From: Candidatus Krumholzibacteriota bacterium
Lineage (GTDB): Bacteria > Krumholzibacteriota > Krumholzibacteriia > JAJRXK01
Length of the DNA stretch: 64,000 nucleotides
NCBI GenBank assembly: GCA_963727455.1
Contig: CAVSGG010000008.1
Location: 416,001-480,000, forward strand
Direction of reading: 5' to 3'
The notes under the pieces were generated by a model that did not search any database, was not told the origin of the DNA, and saw only the letters and a list, made by a program, of their open reading frames with translations. The translations under genes and the position numbers were made by a program. The stretch's first letter is position 1; each line of letters opens with the position of its first letter. Positions 39,329 through 48,420 of the stretch are shown piece by piece.

Positions 39329-40420
39329 ATGTCCAACCAGAATACCCGTCTCGTCAGGCTTTCGCTGCTCTTCCTTCTCGGTGCCACGCTGGTGGGCGCC
39401 CCCCTTTCCGCGTGGGCGGAGTTCCAGAAGGAACTGAGCGTAAAAGGAGAGCGGCTGGTCCTCAGCAATTTGATCGGAAAGATACAGCTCGTGGGCACCG
39501 AGGGCAGCGAATTCAAAATTCACCTCGAAGTCCACGGAGAAGATGCCAGCGAGGATCTCATCCAATTGAAGAGCGAAATCGAAGGGGACGAAGCACAGGT
39601 GCTCGTGCAGTTCCCCATCGACAAGGAAAGGGACTACGTCTACCCCGCCCTCGGCAAACACTCCCACACGCGCTTTTCCGCTCGGCTGGGTTCCAAGATC
39701 CACCGCAGCTGGTTCAGCAAACTGCTCGGCTCCTCGGAGAGGATTGAAGTTCGTGGTTCGGGCAAGGGCTTGAGGCTCTGGGCCGATCTCCGCATCGAAG
39801 TGCCAAAGGGCAAGGACAGCGAGATCTATCTGGGATGCGGCACCATTGACGCGAGCGATGTCGCGGCGAACTTGAAGCTGGACACCCAATCCGGTCCCGT
39901 CACCGCGAAGAAAATTCGCGGGGACCTTCTCGTCGATACCGGCAGCGGTCATGTCTCGATCGAGGATGTCGAGGGGAAAGTGAACCTCGACACCGGCAGC
40001 GGCAACGTGAAAGTCACCGGAGTGACGGGTGATCTTCTCGCCGACACCGGCAGCGGATACGTCGAACTCAATTCGATTGAAGCCGACAGGGTGGACATCG
40101 ACACCGGCAGCGGTGGAGTGCGTCTCGATACCATTCAAGCCAGAGATCTTAAAGCCGATACGGGCTCGGGAGAGGTGGTTTGCCGCAACGTACTCTGTGA
40201 AAGCCTGCTGGTAGACACCGGGAGCGGGGGGATCGAGCTCATCCTGCCCAAAGAGAGTTCCGCGCGCATCGAGGTCGACACCGGCAGCGGTGGGATCGAC
40301 ATCGATTTCGAGGGCGCCAGGATCGAGAAACGATCGAAGGATTACGCTCTGTTGACGGTCGGAGCAGGCAAGGGACGTTACAGCTTGGATACGGGCAGCG
40401 GAGAGATCCACATCCGCTAG
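39329..40420 (+). CDS. DUF4097 (putative adhesin) beta-strand repeat protein, secreted
   Basis: Signal peptide (AWA) and about nine DT[G/Q]SG repeats. Confidence 0.88.
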   Translation: MSNQNTRLVRLSLLFLLGATLVGAPLSAWAEFQKELSVKGERLVLSNLIGKIQLVGTEGSEFKIHLEVHGEDASEDLIQLKSEIEGDEAQVLVQFPIDKERDYVYPALGKHSHTRFSARLGSKIHRSWFSKLLGSSERIEVRGSGKGLRLWADLRIEVPKGKDSEIYLGCGTIDASDVAANLKLDTQSGPVTAKKIRGDLLVDTGSGHVSIEDVEGKVNLDTGSGNVKVTGVTGDLLADTGSGYVELNSIEADRVDIDTGSGGVRLDTIQARDLKADTGSGEVVCRNVLCESLLVDTGSGGIELILPKESSARIEVDTGSGGIDIDFEGARIEKRSKDYALLTVGAGKGRYSLDTGSGEIHIR

Positions 40421-41427
40421 TCGTCCTGCGAAGAAATCCTCAGCAAGGCGAGCCGTTCGTGCCGGTCGCTGACGTTCGTGTAGGCCTGTGCCGCCTCCTC
40501 GAAGGGATAGACGCGACTCACGACCTCCGTGGGATCGAAGAGCTCCGCGGCGAGAATGTTGAGGACTGGCTCCAGGGGACCCTGGCGCAGACCGAACACC
40601 CGGATGCTCTTGTCCAGGACCAAGGTCAAAGAACGCGGCACTCCGTCGTGGCATGAACTCATCATGAAGATGGTACCGCCGGGACATACCAGATGCGTCG
40701 CGGCCTTCCACCCGCCCGACTGGCCGGTTGCCTCGAAGATGAAGGGATAGCTCGCGAGCGCGGGGCCGAACCGCCCGGGACGAACTCCGTTCATCTCGTC
40801 TTCGTCGGTCGCCAAATTGAAGTGAATCCCGTGGCGCCGAATGAGGTCGAAACGATCTCCGTGCTTGCCGCGTAGCGTGACGGTATATCCTGCCGAAGCG
40901 AGCGACAGCGCGACCAGCATGCCGATCCCGCCATCTCCCACCACCAGAACATTTGTCCAGCGCGGGAGTTGTCCGCGAGTCAAGGATTCGTAAATGGCGG
41001 CGATGAGGGGCGAAAGCACCGCGGCCTCGTCCTTCACTCCGCGAGGAACGACAGCGACCGCTCTCCGAGGCAGGTGGACGTACTCGGCCTGTCCCCCTGC
41101 CGCTCCGAAGAGTCCGGGGCGCACCCGGTCACGGCAACGCTCGTCGTGTCCCAGACGACACGCGTCGCACATTCCACAGCCGTAAATCGAGCGTCCCACC
41201 ACGCGGGAGCCCACGAGTGCGCGCCCTTCCTCGGATCGACTCTCCTCAACTTTGCCCACGAAGCAGGTTCCTGGAATCCCAGTGTAGGGCCGGCGTCCGG
41301 AGACAACATCGACGTCGAGTCCGGTGATCGCGCTCATGAGAACCCTGATCCTCAGATTCCCTTCGGTGAGCCCCGGCTCGTTCATTTCGGTGAGCGTGAG
41401 CTCTCTGTCCATCAAGAGACTCTTCAC
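40417..41427 (-). CDS. MDR/zinc alcohol dehydrogenase-like protein with degenerate catalytic site
   Basis: Structural Zn motif CGMCDAC...C and GDGGIG present; SAITGLD and PGTCFVG replace GICxxD and GHEFVG. Confidence 0.8.
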   Translation of the reverse strand: MKSLLMDRELTLTEMNEPGLTEGNLRIRVLMSAITGLDVDVVSGRRPYTGIPGTCFVGKVEESRSEEGRALVGSRVVGRSIYGCGMCDACRLGHDERCRDRVRPGLFGAAGGQAEYVHLPRRAVAVVPRGVKDEAAVLSPLIAAIYESLTRGQLPRWTNVLVVGDGGIGMLVALSLASAGYTVTLRGKHGDRFDLIRRHGIHFNLATDEDEMNGVRPGRFGPALASYPFIFEATGQSGGWKAATHLVCPGGTIFMMSSCHDGVPRSLTLVLDKSIRVFGLRQGPLEPVLNILAAELFDPTEVVSRVYPFEEAAQAYTNVSDRHERLALLRISSQDD

Positions 41428-42500
41428 GCGCCTCCCCCTCCCATGGCGTTGCGAACCAGGACCTTGAGGGTTCCGCGCGTGTTCGCTTTCTCCAGCGCGG
41501 TCATGGCTTCCTGCATGGGATAGCTGCCGGCGACGAGGGGAAGAATGTCCAGGCGCTTGCGCTGCAGATACGCGAGGCTGTCCTCGAGCTTTCCTCCGTT
41601 GACTCCTACCATGTCGATTTCGTTCTCGGTGAGGAAGCGCAGGTCGAAGCCCTGGCTGGGCGCGAAGCGGCTCAAGAGGACGATGCGCCCGCGGGGACGC
41701 GAGGCCGCCACCGCCAGATCGAAGCCCGAGGGATGACCCGAGCAGTCGTAGACCATTCCGTAGGATTCGGTGACCAGCTTGGCTCCGGAGACCGGATCTC
41801 CCGAAGCAACGTCCGCTCCCGCGACTCCACTGAAGGAGATCCCGCTGCGCCACAACAGCTCGCGTCGGGACATGTGCCGCCCCAGAACGCTCACCGTGTG
41901 TCCCGCAGCATGGAGGACAAGGGTGGTCAGAAGCCCCAGATTGCCGTCTCCGACCACCAGAACTCGTTGGGGTGGGGGGCCTTCTAGCAGGGAAGCGGCC
42001 TCCAGTGCACTGGCGAGGGGATGCGCGAAGATCGCCTCCTCGTCATCCACCCCCTCGGGAACCTCGACCAGGGCACGCTGCGAGATGGCAACCCATTCCG
42101 CCAGGGCTCCGTCGGTGATCCCCATCCCCAGTGCGCGGTCTCGCGTGAGCTCGCAGAGCCAGGGTTTGCCGTCGCGGCAGGGCAGGCAGCGTGTACAGCC
42201 CGCATTGAGGTTGGCGACGATACGGCGCCCAATCCAGGCTTCCCCGGAGGGCGTCGTCGCTTCCACTACCTCACCCACGAATTCGTGGCCCAGAATGATG
42301 CGCTCGCGTCCCGGGCTGCGAATTCCTCGAACCAGCTGCAAGTCACTGCTGGCGATCCCACAGGCACGAACCCTGACCAGGACTTCGCCCTCGGCCGCGC
42401 GCGGGCGACTCACCGTCGCCAACTGCGGCACCTTGTCGAGAACGAGCGCGCGCATCGTACGAAGGCGGGTACTCTTGCTCGAGCGCTGGATCGGGCTCAT
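41424..42500 (-). CDS. MDR/zinc alcohol dehydrogenase-like protein
   Basis: GHEFVG, CTRCLPC...C, GDGNLG. GIASSD occupies the catalytic Cys position. Confidence 0.85.
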   Translation of the reverse strand: MSPIQRSSKSTRLRTMRALVLDKVPQLATVSRPRAAEGEVLVRVRACGIASSDLQLVRGIRSPGRERIILGHEFVGEVVEATTPSGEAWIGRRIVANLNAGCTRCLPCRDGKPWLCELTRDRALGMGITDGALAEWVAISQRALVEVPEGVDDEEAIFAHPLASALEAASLLEGPPPQRVLVVGDGNLGLLTTLVLHAAGHTVSVLGRHMSRRELLWRSGISFSGVAGADVASGDPVSGAKLVTESYGMVYDCSGHPSGFDLAVAASRPRGRIVLLSRFAPSQGFDLRFLTENEIDMVGVNGGKLEDSLAYLQRKRLDILPLVAGSYPMQEAMTALEKANTRGTLKVLVRNAMGGGGA

Positions 42501-42643
42501 GGGAGCTTTCTCCTCGTCCACGCGTATCCCCGATCTGGCGGAGGGCACCGGAAGATGCCAGGGCCGGGATCGACCTCTCCGATCATTGCCTGGATTCCCT
42601 CATCGCCAAGGCAAACTCCGTGCCGTTCCCCCGGCAAAACAGC

Positions 42644-43765
42644 TCATTCTCGGCCGCCATGCTCACTTTCGCTCCAATCGCACAGCAGAACGTCCGTGTC
42701 GTGCGGGCGGGAGTCGATCAGGTTACCACACCACACCAGCTGTCTGCCGTCGGCGGAGAACATGGGAAAACCGTCAAAACTGCGGTTGAAGGTCAAGCGG
42801 CGCAGGCCCTTCCCGTCCATGCCGATGAGATAGAGCTCGAAATTGTAGCCGTATTGCCCAGGCACCGTCTGGTCGAAATCGTCCCGGTTGCTGGCGAAAA
42901 TGATGCGCCGGCCATCGGGATGCGGGAAGGGAGCCCAGTTCGTCACACCCTCGTCACCGGAATGGGTGATGCGACGGAGATTCTGCCCGTCGGCATCCAT
43001 CAGGTAGAGATCGAGTTTGCTGGGGCGAATCAGGCCCTCCTGTAGGAGTTCCTGATAGTCCTTCAGCTCCTCGCCCTCGGGATGCCGCGCGCGAAACACG
43101 ATATGCTGGCTGTCGGCGGTGTAGAAGGCGCCTCCGTCGTAGCCGGGGGTAGCCGTCAGGCGCCGCACTGCGCTTCCGTCGGGATTCATGTCGTAGAGGT
43201 CGAGGTCACCGTCCCGCGTGCTCGTGAAGAGGATCTTCTTGCCGTCGGGTCGATACACGGCCTCCGCGTCGTAGCCCGGACTGTCCGTGAGTTGCTCGCG
43301 CTCGCCCCCTCCCACCGGGATACGAAAGATCTCGTAGGCGGCGTAGATGGGCCAGGTGTAACCGTGCGCCATCGAAGGTCGGGGAGGACACTCCTTGCTG
43401 GCGAGCACCGTGCTGGCGTAGACGATCCACTTCATGTCGGGCGAGTAGAAGGAGCAGGTGCAACGGCCCTCGCCCGAGGAAACCATCGAGACCCCGGTTC
43501 CGTCGCGGTTCATGCTGTAGATCGCGTCGCAGGCGCGTCCGTCGCGGCTGGACTGGAAGATCAGCTTCTTTCCATCTGGAGAAAAGTAGGCCTCTGCGTT
43601 GTCCCAAGTCGAGTACGGTCCCGGATTCTGGGTGAGCAAACGGACCCTCTTCATGGACGCGTCGTAGCGGGCCGGCTCCTGCGACCATGCGCCCGTCGCG
43701 CACAGCAAGCAGAGTCCCAACAGTGCAAGCACCCGGCGGAGAGTTCCAGAAACAAGAAAGTTCAT
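42644..43765 (-). CDS. TolB-like PD40 beta-propeller protein, secreted
   Basis: Signal peptide, repeated FSPDGKKLIF / PGYDAEA / PGYDGGAF blades. Confidence 0.9.
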   Translation of the reverse strand: MNFLVSGTLRRVLALLGLCLLCATGAWSQEPARYDASMKRVRLLTQNPGPYSTWDNAEAYFSPDGKKLIFQSSRDGRACDAIYSMNRDGTGVSMVSSGEGRCTCSFYSPDMKWIVYASTVLASKECPPRPSMAHGYTWPIYAAYEIFRIPVGGGEREQLTDSPGYDAEAVYRPDGKKILFTSTRDGDLDLYDMNPDGSAVRRLTATPGYDGGAFYTADSQHIVFRARHPEGEELKDYQELLQEGLIRPSKLDLYLMDADGQNLRRITHSGDEGVTNWAPFPHPDGRRIIFASNRDDFDQTVPGQYGYNFELYLIGMDGKGLRRLTFNRSFDGFPMFSADGRQLVWCGNLIDSRPHDTDVLLCDWSESEHGGRE

Positions 43766-43851
43766 TGCGATCTACCTCGGAGGCTGAGCGGTGAGCGGCA
43801 AGCCTAACCTCCACCGCTGCCAGGAGCAAGAACCAGGGTCCTCGATACGAC

Positions 43852-45930
43852 TCAGGCGCCGCGGCGATTGCTCCCTAGTTGTTTTGCCATGAGCTCGGGA
43901 TCCGTGGTTGGCCGTTGGCAAGTGAATGCGCGACAGACATAGGCGGTCGCGCCGCCTTGCGCGTTCTTCCCCGCCAAAGGAGGCATCGTCTCCTCGCTGC
44001 TCGCTTCACCCGACGCGTGAGAGACGAAGAGGTGCGGGTGATAGCTGGCGCGAGCGCGATGCAACAGTGGCGCAATTTCTTCGCGGCTCCCTGCCAGGAC
44101 CAATTCCGTGCGCTCCGCCAGATAGGCCTCCAGCGCGAGAACCATCGAGGCCATGGCCGCGGGGTGAGCGGAGAGAATTCCCCAAAAGGCATGAAGGACA
44201 CGCTCGAGTTGCCTCGCATACGCGTCGTCGCCGGTAAGTTCGAAGAGGCAGAGCATGTTGGCCGCCGCCACGCTGTTCGCCGTCGGGGTCGCTCCGTCGT
44301 ACCCCGTCTTGACCCGCACTAGGAGTTCGGTCTGCCCTTCCTTGGTATTGAAGAGCGCGCCGTCCTCTTCCGCGGCGAAGTTGCCCATCATTGCATCGTG
44401 CAGCTCCTTGGCCGCGGCGAAGAAGCGCGGCTCGAAACCGTCCTGGTAGAGCTCGAGGAGCCCCCAAACGAGCATGGCGTAGTCTTCACAGTACGCGTCG
44501 ATGCCGGCCTGTCCGCGCCGCCAACGTCGCTTCAGAGTGCCATCGACGATCATTTCGCGCAGAATGAAATCGGCCGCTTCGGCAGCCGCGTTCAGATAAC
44601 GGTCCTGTCGAAGCACTGCTCCCGCGCGGGCCAGGGCGCGTATCATGAGCCCGTTCCAGCCACTCAGGACCTTGTCATCCCGCTCTGGACGTGGGCGCCC
44701 CGCCCGCCGCGAGAGCAGGATTTGCCTACCCTCCCTCAGGGCCTCACGTACCGCCGGCACCGTGATCGACAGATCGTCGGCCACTCTCGAGTCGCTCGCG
44801 GCGCGGTACAGGATGTTCACGCCCTCCCAGTTTCCGTCCTCGCAAACACCAAAGGCAAGGCGGAAGGGGCCGAAGATCTCAGGCGGCAGGGCCTCTTCTA
44901 TCTCCCGGTATCGCCAGACGTAGAACTTCCCCTCTTCGCCCTCACTGTCCGCGTCTTCGGCGGAGTAGAAACCACCGAGAGGATCGCGCATGTCGCGTAG
45001 AACGTAGTCGAGGGTGCTTGCCGCGACTTCCGCCAAGCGCTCCTCGCCCGTGAGCTGGTAGGCCTCCAGATAATGAAACGCCAGCTGCGCATTGTCGTAG
45101 AGCATTTTCTCGAAGTGCGGTACCAACCAGTTTCCGTCGGTGCTGTAGCGCGCGAAACCGCCGCCCAAGTGGTCGTAGATTCCGCCCTCGGCCATGCCTC
45201 GCAGAGTCGTGAGCGCCATCGCCAATGCCGCTTCGTCCCCCTCTTTCCGATAGCAGCGGAGACAGAGCGAACCGAAATCCGAGCGCGGAAACTTGGGTGC
45301 GCTGCCCCAACCGCCGCTCCTGCGATCGAAAGAAGCGGCAATTTGTTGATAGAGCCTGTGCACCGGGGTGGCGTCCACTTCCCCCTCGCTTTGGTCGAGC
45401 AGCGCGAGCTGGGCTAGACTCGCCGAAACCTGCTCGGCCGCGGACGACAGGCGCTCGGATTGGGTCACCCACATCCGGTGCAACTGGCGGAGCAGCTGGG
45501 GAAATCCGGGCCGTCCGAAACGTTCTTCGGGGGGAAAATAGGTGCCGCCGAAAAAGGGCTTTCGATCGGGGGTGAGAAACACGCTCATCGGCCAGCCACC
45601 CTGGCCCGTCATTGCCTGGACCGCGGCCATGTAGATTTCATCGAGGTCAGGACGTTCTTCGCGATCGACTTTGATGCAGATGAAATGCTCGTTCATGAGC
45701 GCGGCGATGGCTTCATTCTCGAAGGACTCGCGCTCCATGACGTGACACCAATGGCAAGTGGAATACCCGATGGAGAGAAAGATCGGCTTGTTCTCCTCGC
45801 GTGCGCGCCGGAGAGCCGTCTCATTCCACGGGTACCAGTCCACCGGATTGTGTGCATGTTGCAAGAGATAGGGGCTCTGTTCATGGATGAGATGATTGGT
45901 GTGGCGGTGTTCCGCGCCGTTCTCTCGCAT
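43852..45930 (-). CDS. thioredoxin-domain protein, YyaL/SSP411 family
   Basis: [46 protein letters not shown]. Confidence 0.95.
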   Translation of the reverse strand: MRENGAEHRHTNHLIHEQSPYLLQHAHNPVDWYPWNETALRRAREENKPIFLSIGYSTCHWCHVMERESFENEAIAALMNEHFICIKVDREERPDLDEIYMAAVQAMTGQGGWPMSVFLTPDRKPFFGGTYFPPEERFGRPGFPQLLRQLHRMWVTQSERLSSAAEQVSASLAQLALLDQSEGEVDATPVHRLYQQIAASFDRRSGGWGSAPKFPRSDFGSLCLRCYRKEGDEAALAMALTTLRGMAEGGIYDHLGGGFARYSTDGNWLVPHFEKMLYDNAQLAFHYLEAYQLTGEERLAEVAASTLDYVLRDMRDPLGGFYSAEDADSEGEEGKFYVWRYREIEEALPPEIFGPFRLAFGVCEDGNWEGVNILYRAASDSRVADDLSITVPAVREALREGRQILLSRRAGRPRPERDDKVLSGWNGLMIRALARAGAVLRQDRYLNAAAEAADFILREMIVDGTLKRRWRRGQAGIDAYCEDYAMLVWGLLELYQDGFEPRFFAAAKELHDAMMGNFAAEEDGALFNTKEGQTELLVRVKTGYDGATPTANSVAAANMLCLFELTGDDAYARQLERVLHAFWGILSAHPAAMASMVLALEAYLAERTELVLAGSREEIAPLLHRARASYHPHLFVSHASGEASSEETMPPLAGKNAQGGATAYVCRAFTCQRPTTDPELMAKQLGSNRRGA

Positions 45931-45964
45931 GAGGCCTCCTGGAATCCCCGGGCTCGGGTTTGAA

Positions 45965-46560
45965 TCCTCCTCGCTGCGTCCCATGAAGGAGCAAAGCGGA
46001 TTGTCGAGGAGGAAAGGGGAGGCGGGGAGTGATCGTGTGCTTCCCCGTGAGGGAGAGTTGTGCAGAGGATAAGCAGAGGGAGGCTTCCTCGCCCGCTCCC
46101 TGCTCGGGCAGAGCGAGTCCACGGTGGAAAGCTCGCGCTGCGAACGGACGCAGCCAACACCTCGAGGACCTACTGATCCGCGCTGAACCCCTCTCGCACC
46201 CCACGGCACCAGTCACAGTTTCTCGCGCACATTCCTTGCTGCCGTCGCGTTTTTCAGGAGAAGCGCTCTCGCTGAGAGTGCCAGCGGTCTCGCTCTCACC
46301 CCCTCCGTCGTGGCGGGTGGGGTGCGGGGCCCTCGATCCGGAGGTTTCGGCGAACGGCCTGAGCATGCGCCCCTGAGAACTGGGGTGAAACTCGGCTGGT
46401 ACCTCCTTGATTCCCAACGGGGGCGACGCTCTTTGCGCCAATTGCCGCCGTCGGCCCGGGGGCCCCGAACATTTCTCCCGAGCGTCCGCGAGATGCCGTG
46501 ACTCGCGGGTGCCTAAGCTGCGGCTCAACCCACCTCCCGGGGTTGAGCCGCGCTCTTTTT
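45965..46560. ncRNA. candidate structured non-coding RNA(s), family unidentified
   Basis: About 600 nt without a credible ORF. Long multibranch hairpin at 46045-46206, further hairpins, and an orphan terminator. Confidence 0.45.
46516..46560 (+). terminator. intrinsic terminator
   Basis: Perfect 12-bp stem GCGGCTCAACCC/GGGTTGAGCCGC followed by GCTCTTTTT. Confidence 0.7.
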
Positions 46561-46569
46561 CGCTCCCTT

Positions 46570-46597
46570 TTGCCAGCATTGAATCGTGTGCTATCTT
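46570..46597 (+). promoter_or_regulatory. sigma-70-type promoter of the aldehyde dehydrogenase gene
   Basis: TTGCCA-N16-TATCTT with an extended -10 TG. Confidence 0.55.
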
Positions 46598-46660
46598 GGC
46601 CGCCGGACATCCGCGGTCCGGTCACACATATCTGTCTCTTTTTCTCAGGGGTAGCTTCCG

Positions 46661-48178
46661 ATGCGCGATTTTCTCAAGGAGCTGGGTCTCTCCGGTGTCA
46701 ATTCCGGCGTCTACGGACAGGGCTGGGTCGATCATCCCAATGGCGGTGAACTCACGAGCTACTCGCCCACTAGTGAAGAACCGGTGGGGAAGGTTCTGCA
46801 GGCCAGCGACGAGAACTACGAAACCGTCGTGGGCGCGGCACAGGAGAGATTCAACAGCTGGCGTATGTTGCCGGCGCCGCAGCGCGGCGAAATCGTACGC
46901 CAGCTCGGCGAGGAGCTGCGCAAGTACAAGCGCCCCCTCGGCAAGCTGATCTCCTTCGAGATGGGAAAGATCCTCAGCGAGGGAGAAGGCGAGGTTCAGG
47001 AGGCTATCGACATCGCGGACTTTGCGGTGGGGCTCTCGCGTCAGCTCTACGGCTTGAGCATGCATAGCGAACGCGCACGCCATCGAATGTACGAGCAGTG
47101 GCACCCCCTGGGAGTGATCGGGATCGTGACCGCCTTCAACTTCCCCGTGGCAGTGTGGGCCTGGAATGCGATGATCGCGGCAGTGTGTGGGGACACCATG
47201 ATCTGGAAGCCCTCCAGCAAAACTCCTCTCTGCGCCATCGCCATCCAGCACATCTGTGATCGAGTGATGAAGAAGAATGAAGTGCGCGGAGTGTTCAACC
47301 TCTGCGTGGGACGCGGCTCGGCGGTGGGCGAAAAACTCATCAACGATCCCCGAATCCCCCTCATCAGTGCCACCGGAAGCTGTCGGATGGGCAGGAGGAT
47401 CGGTGAAGCGGTGGGCAAGAGACTCGGCCGCAGTTTGCTGGAGTTGGGCGGGAACAACGCCATCATCGTCACGAACGATGCGGATCCCGATCTGGCCCTG
47501 CGCGCGATCGCCTTCGGCGCCGTGGGCACCGCGGGTCAGCGCTGCACTTCCACCCGCCGGGTGTTTCTGCAGCGCGGCATCGCCGAGGAATTCACCAAGC
47601 GTCTGGTGAAAGCCTACGAGAGCATTCCCATCGGCGATCCGCTCGATCCCGACACGCTCATGGGTCCTCTGATCGACGAATCGGCGATCGAGGACATGAC
47701 GGCTGCGCTGGAGGAGGCGCAGGCTGACGGAGCCAAAGTGCTTACCGGCGGCAAACGCATCGACCGAAAGGGCTACTTCGTGCAGCCCACCATCGTGGCC
47801 GCGAAGCATGGAATCAAGATCGCGCAAGAGGAGACCTTCGCGCCCATCCTCTATCTCTTCGAGTTCGACGAGGTGGAGGAAGCCATTCGAATGCAAAACG
47901 ACGTCCGACAGGGTCTCTCTTCGGCGATGTTCACCACTAACCTGCTCTCGGCCGAGACTTTCCTCAGCGCGGAAGGCTCCGATTGCGGCATCGCCAACAT
48001 CAACATCGGCACCAGTGGTGCAGAAATCGGCGGAGCTTTCGGAGGCGAGAAGGAAACGGGAGGCGGACGGGAAGCCGGCAGCGACAGTTGGAAGTTCTAC
48101 ATGCGCCGCCAGACCTGCACCATCAACTACAGCCGTGAAATGCCGCTGGCGCAGGGCGTGAAGTTCGAGATCGAGTAG
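46661..48178 (+). CDS. aldehyde dehydrogenase family 7 (alpha-aminoadipic semialdehyde / piperideine-6-carboxylate dehydrogenase-like)
   Basis: AFNFPVAVW, LELGGNNA, GTAGQRCT, GTSGAEIGGAFGGEKETGGGRE, PLAQG. Confidence 0.95.
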   Translation: MRDFLKELGLSGVNSGVYGQGWVDHPNGGELTSYSPTSEEPVGKVLQASDENYETVVGAAQERFNSWRMLPAPQRGEIVRQLGEELRKYKRPLGKLISFEMGKILSEGEGEVQEAIDIADFAVGLSRQLYGLSMHSERARHRMYEQWHPLGVIGIVTAFNFPVAVWAWNAMIAAVCGDTMIWKPSSKTPLCAIAIQHICDRVMKKNEVRGVFNLCVGRGSAVGEKLINDPRIPLISATGSCRMGRRIGEAVGKRLGRSLLELGGNNAIIVTNDADPDLALRAIAFGAVGTAGQRCTSTRRVFLQRGIAEEFTKRLVKAYESIPIGDPLDPDTLMGPLIDESAIEDMTAALEEAQADGAKVLTGGKRIDRKGYFVQPTIVAAKHGIKIAQEETFAPILYLFEFDEVEEAIRMQNDVRQGLSSAMFTTNLLSAETFLSAEGSDCGIANINIGTSGAEIGGAFGGEKETGGGREAGSDSWKFYMRRQTCTINYSREMPLAQGVKFEIE

Positions 48179-48222
48179 AGAGGGACCGGGCTGCGCCGAG
48201 CCCCATACAAGCGAGGAATGAG

Positions 48223-48420
48223 CTGAGCACCAGCGCGCATCCTCCCCGAGTTTCCATCTCGGTGCCCTGCCCCAGCTGTTCAGGGGAGCCGCCCCGCCGC
48301 GCGAACTGCGCCCGCTGCAAGGGAGACGGGATCCTACTCTTGAGCGTGAAAGCGGAGCACGCCGGCCTGCCGGCGCCCAAACTCTTGCGCATCTACGCGA
48401 GCGAAGATCCCGGGCGCTAG
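48223..48420 (+). CDS. small zinc-finger protein (CPSC-x8-CARCKG), absent from the ORF track
   Basis: Manual translation LSTSAHPPRVSISVPCPSCSGEPPRRANCARCKGDGILLLSV...GR*. CTG start after GAGGA, or GTG at 48262. Confidence 0.55.
   Translation: MSTSAHPPRVSISVPCPSCSGEPPRRANCARCKGDGILLLSVKAEHAGLPAPKLLRIYASEDPGR

Noticed and set aside
39880-40400. Recurrent GACACCGGCAGCGG DNA repeats resembling a CRISPR array
   Set aside because: They are in-frame codons for DTGSG protein repeats, vary at wobble positions, and no cas genes are present.
39218-40711. 771-aa ORF appearing as a fusion with the crotonase
   Set aside because: The N-terminal ~500 aa are the antisense of the DUF4097 gene.
45965-46560. 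Identity as tmRNA, RNase P RNA, SRP RNA, T-box, or TPP/lysine/glycine/SAM riboswitch
   Set aside because: Only fragments match (GGGGGCGA, CACCA, ACGGTGGAAAG, TGGTACC, CTGAGA). The required core motifs and order are absent, so no family is assigned.
48218-48226. ATG-AGC-TGA as a selenocysteine readthrough start
   Set aside because: Readthrough continues in a frame without the Cys motif and gives no protein-like sequence.
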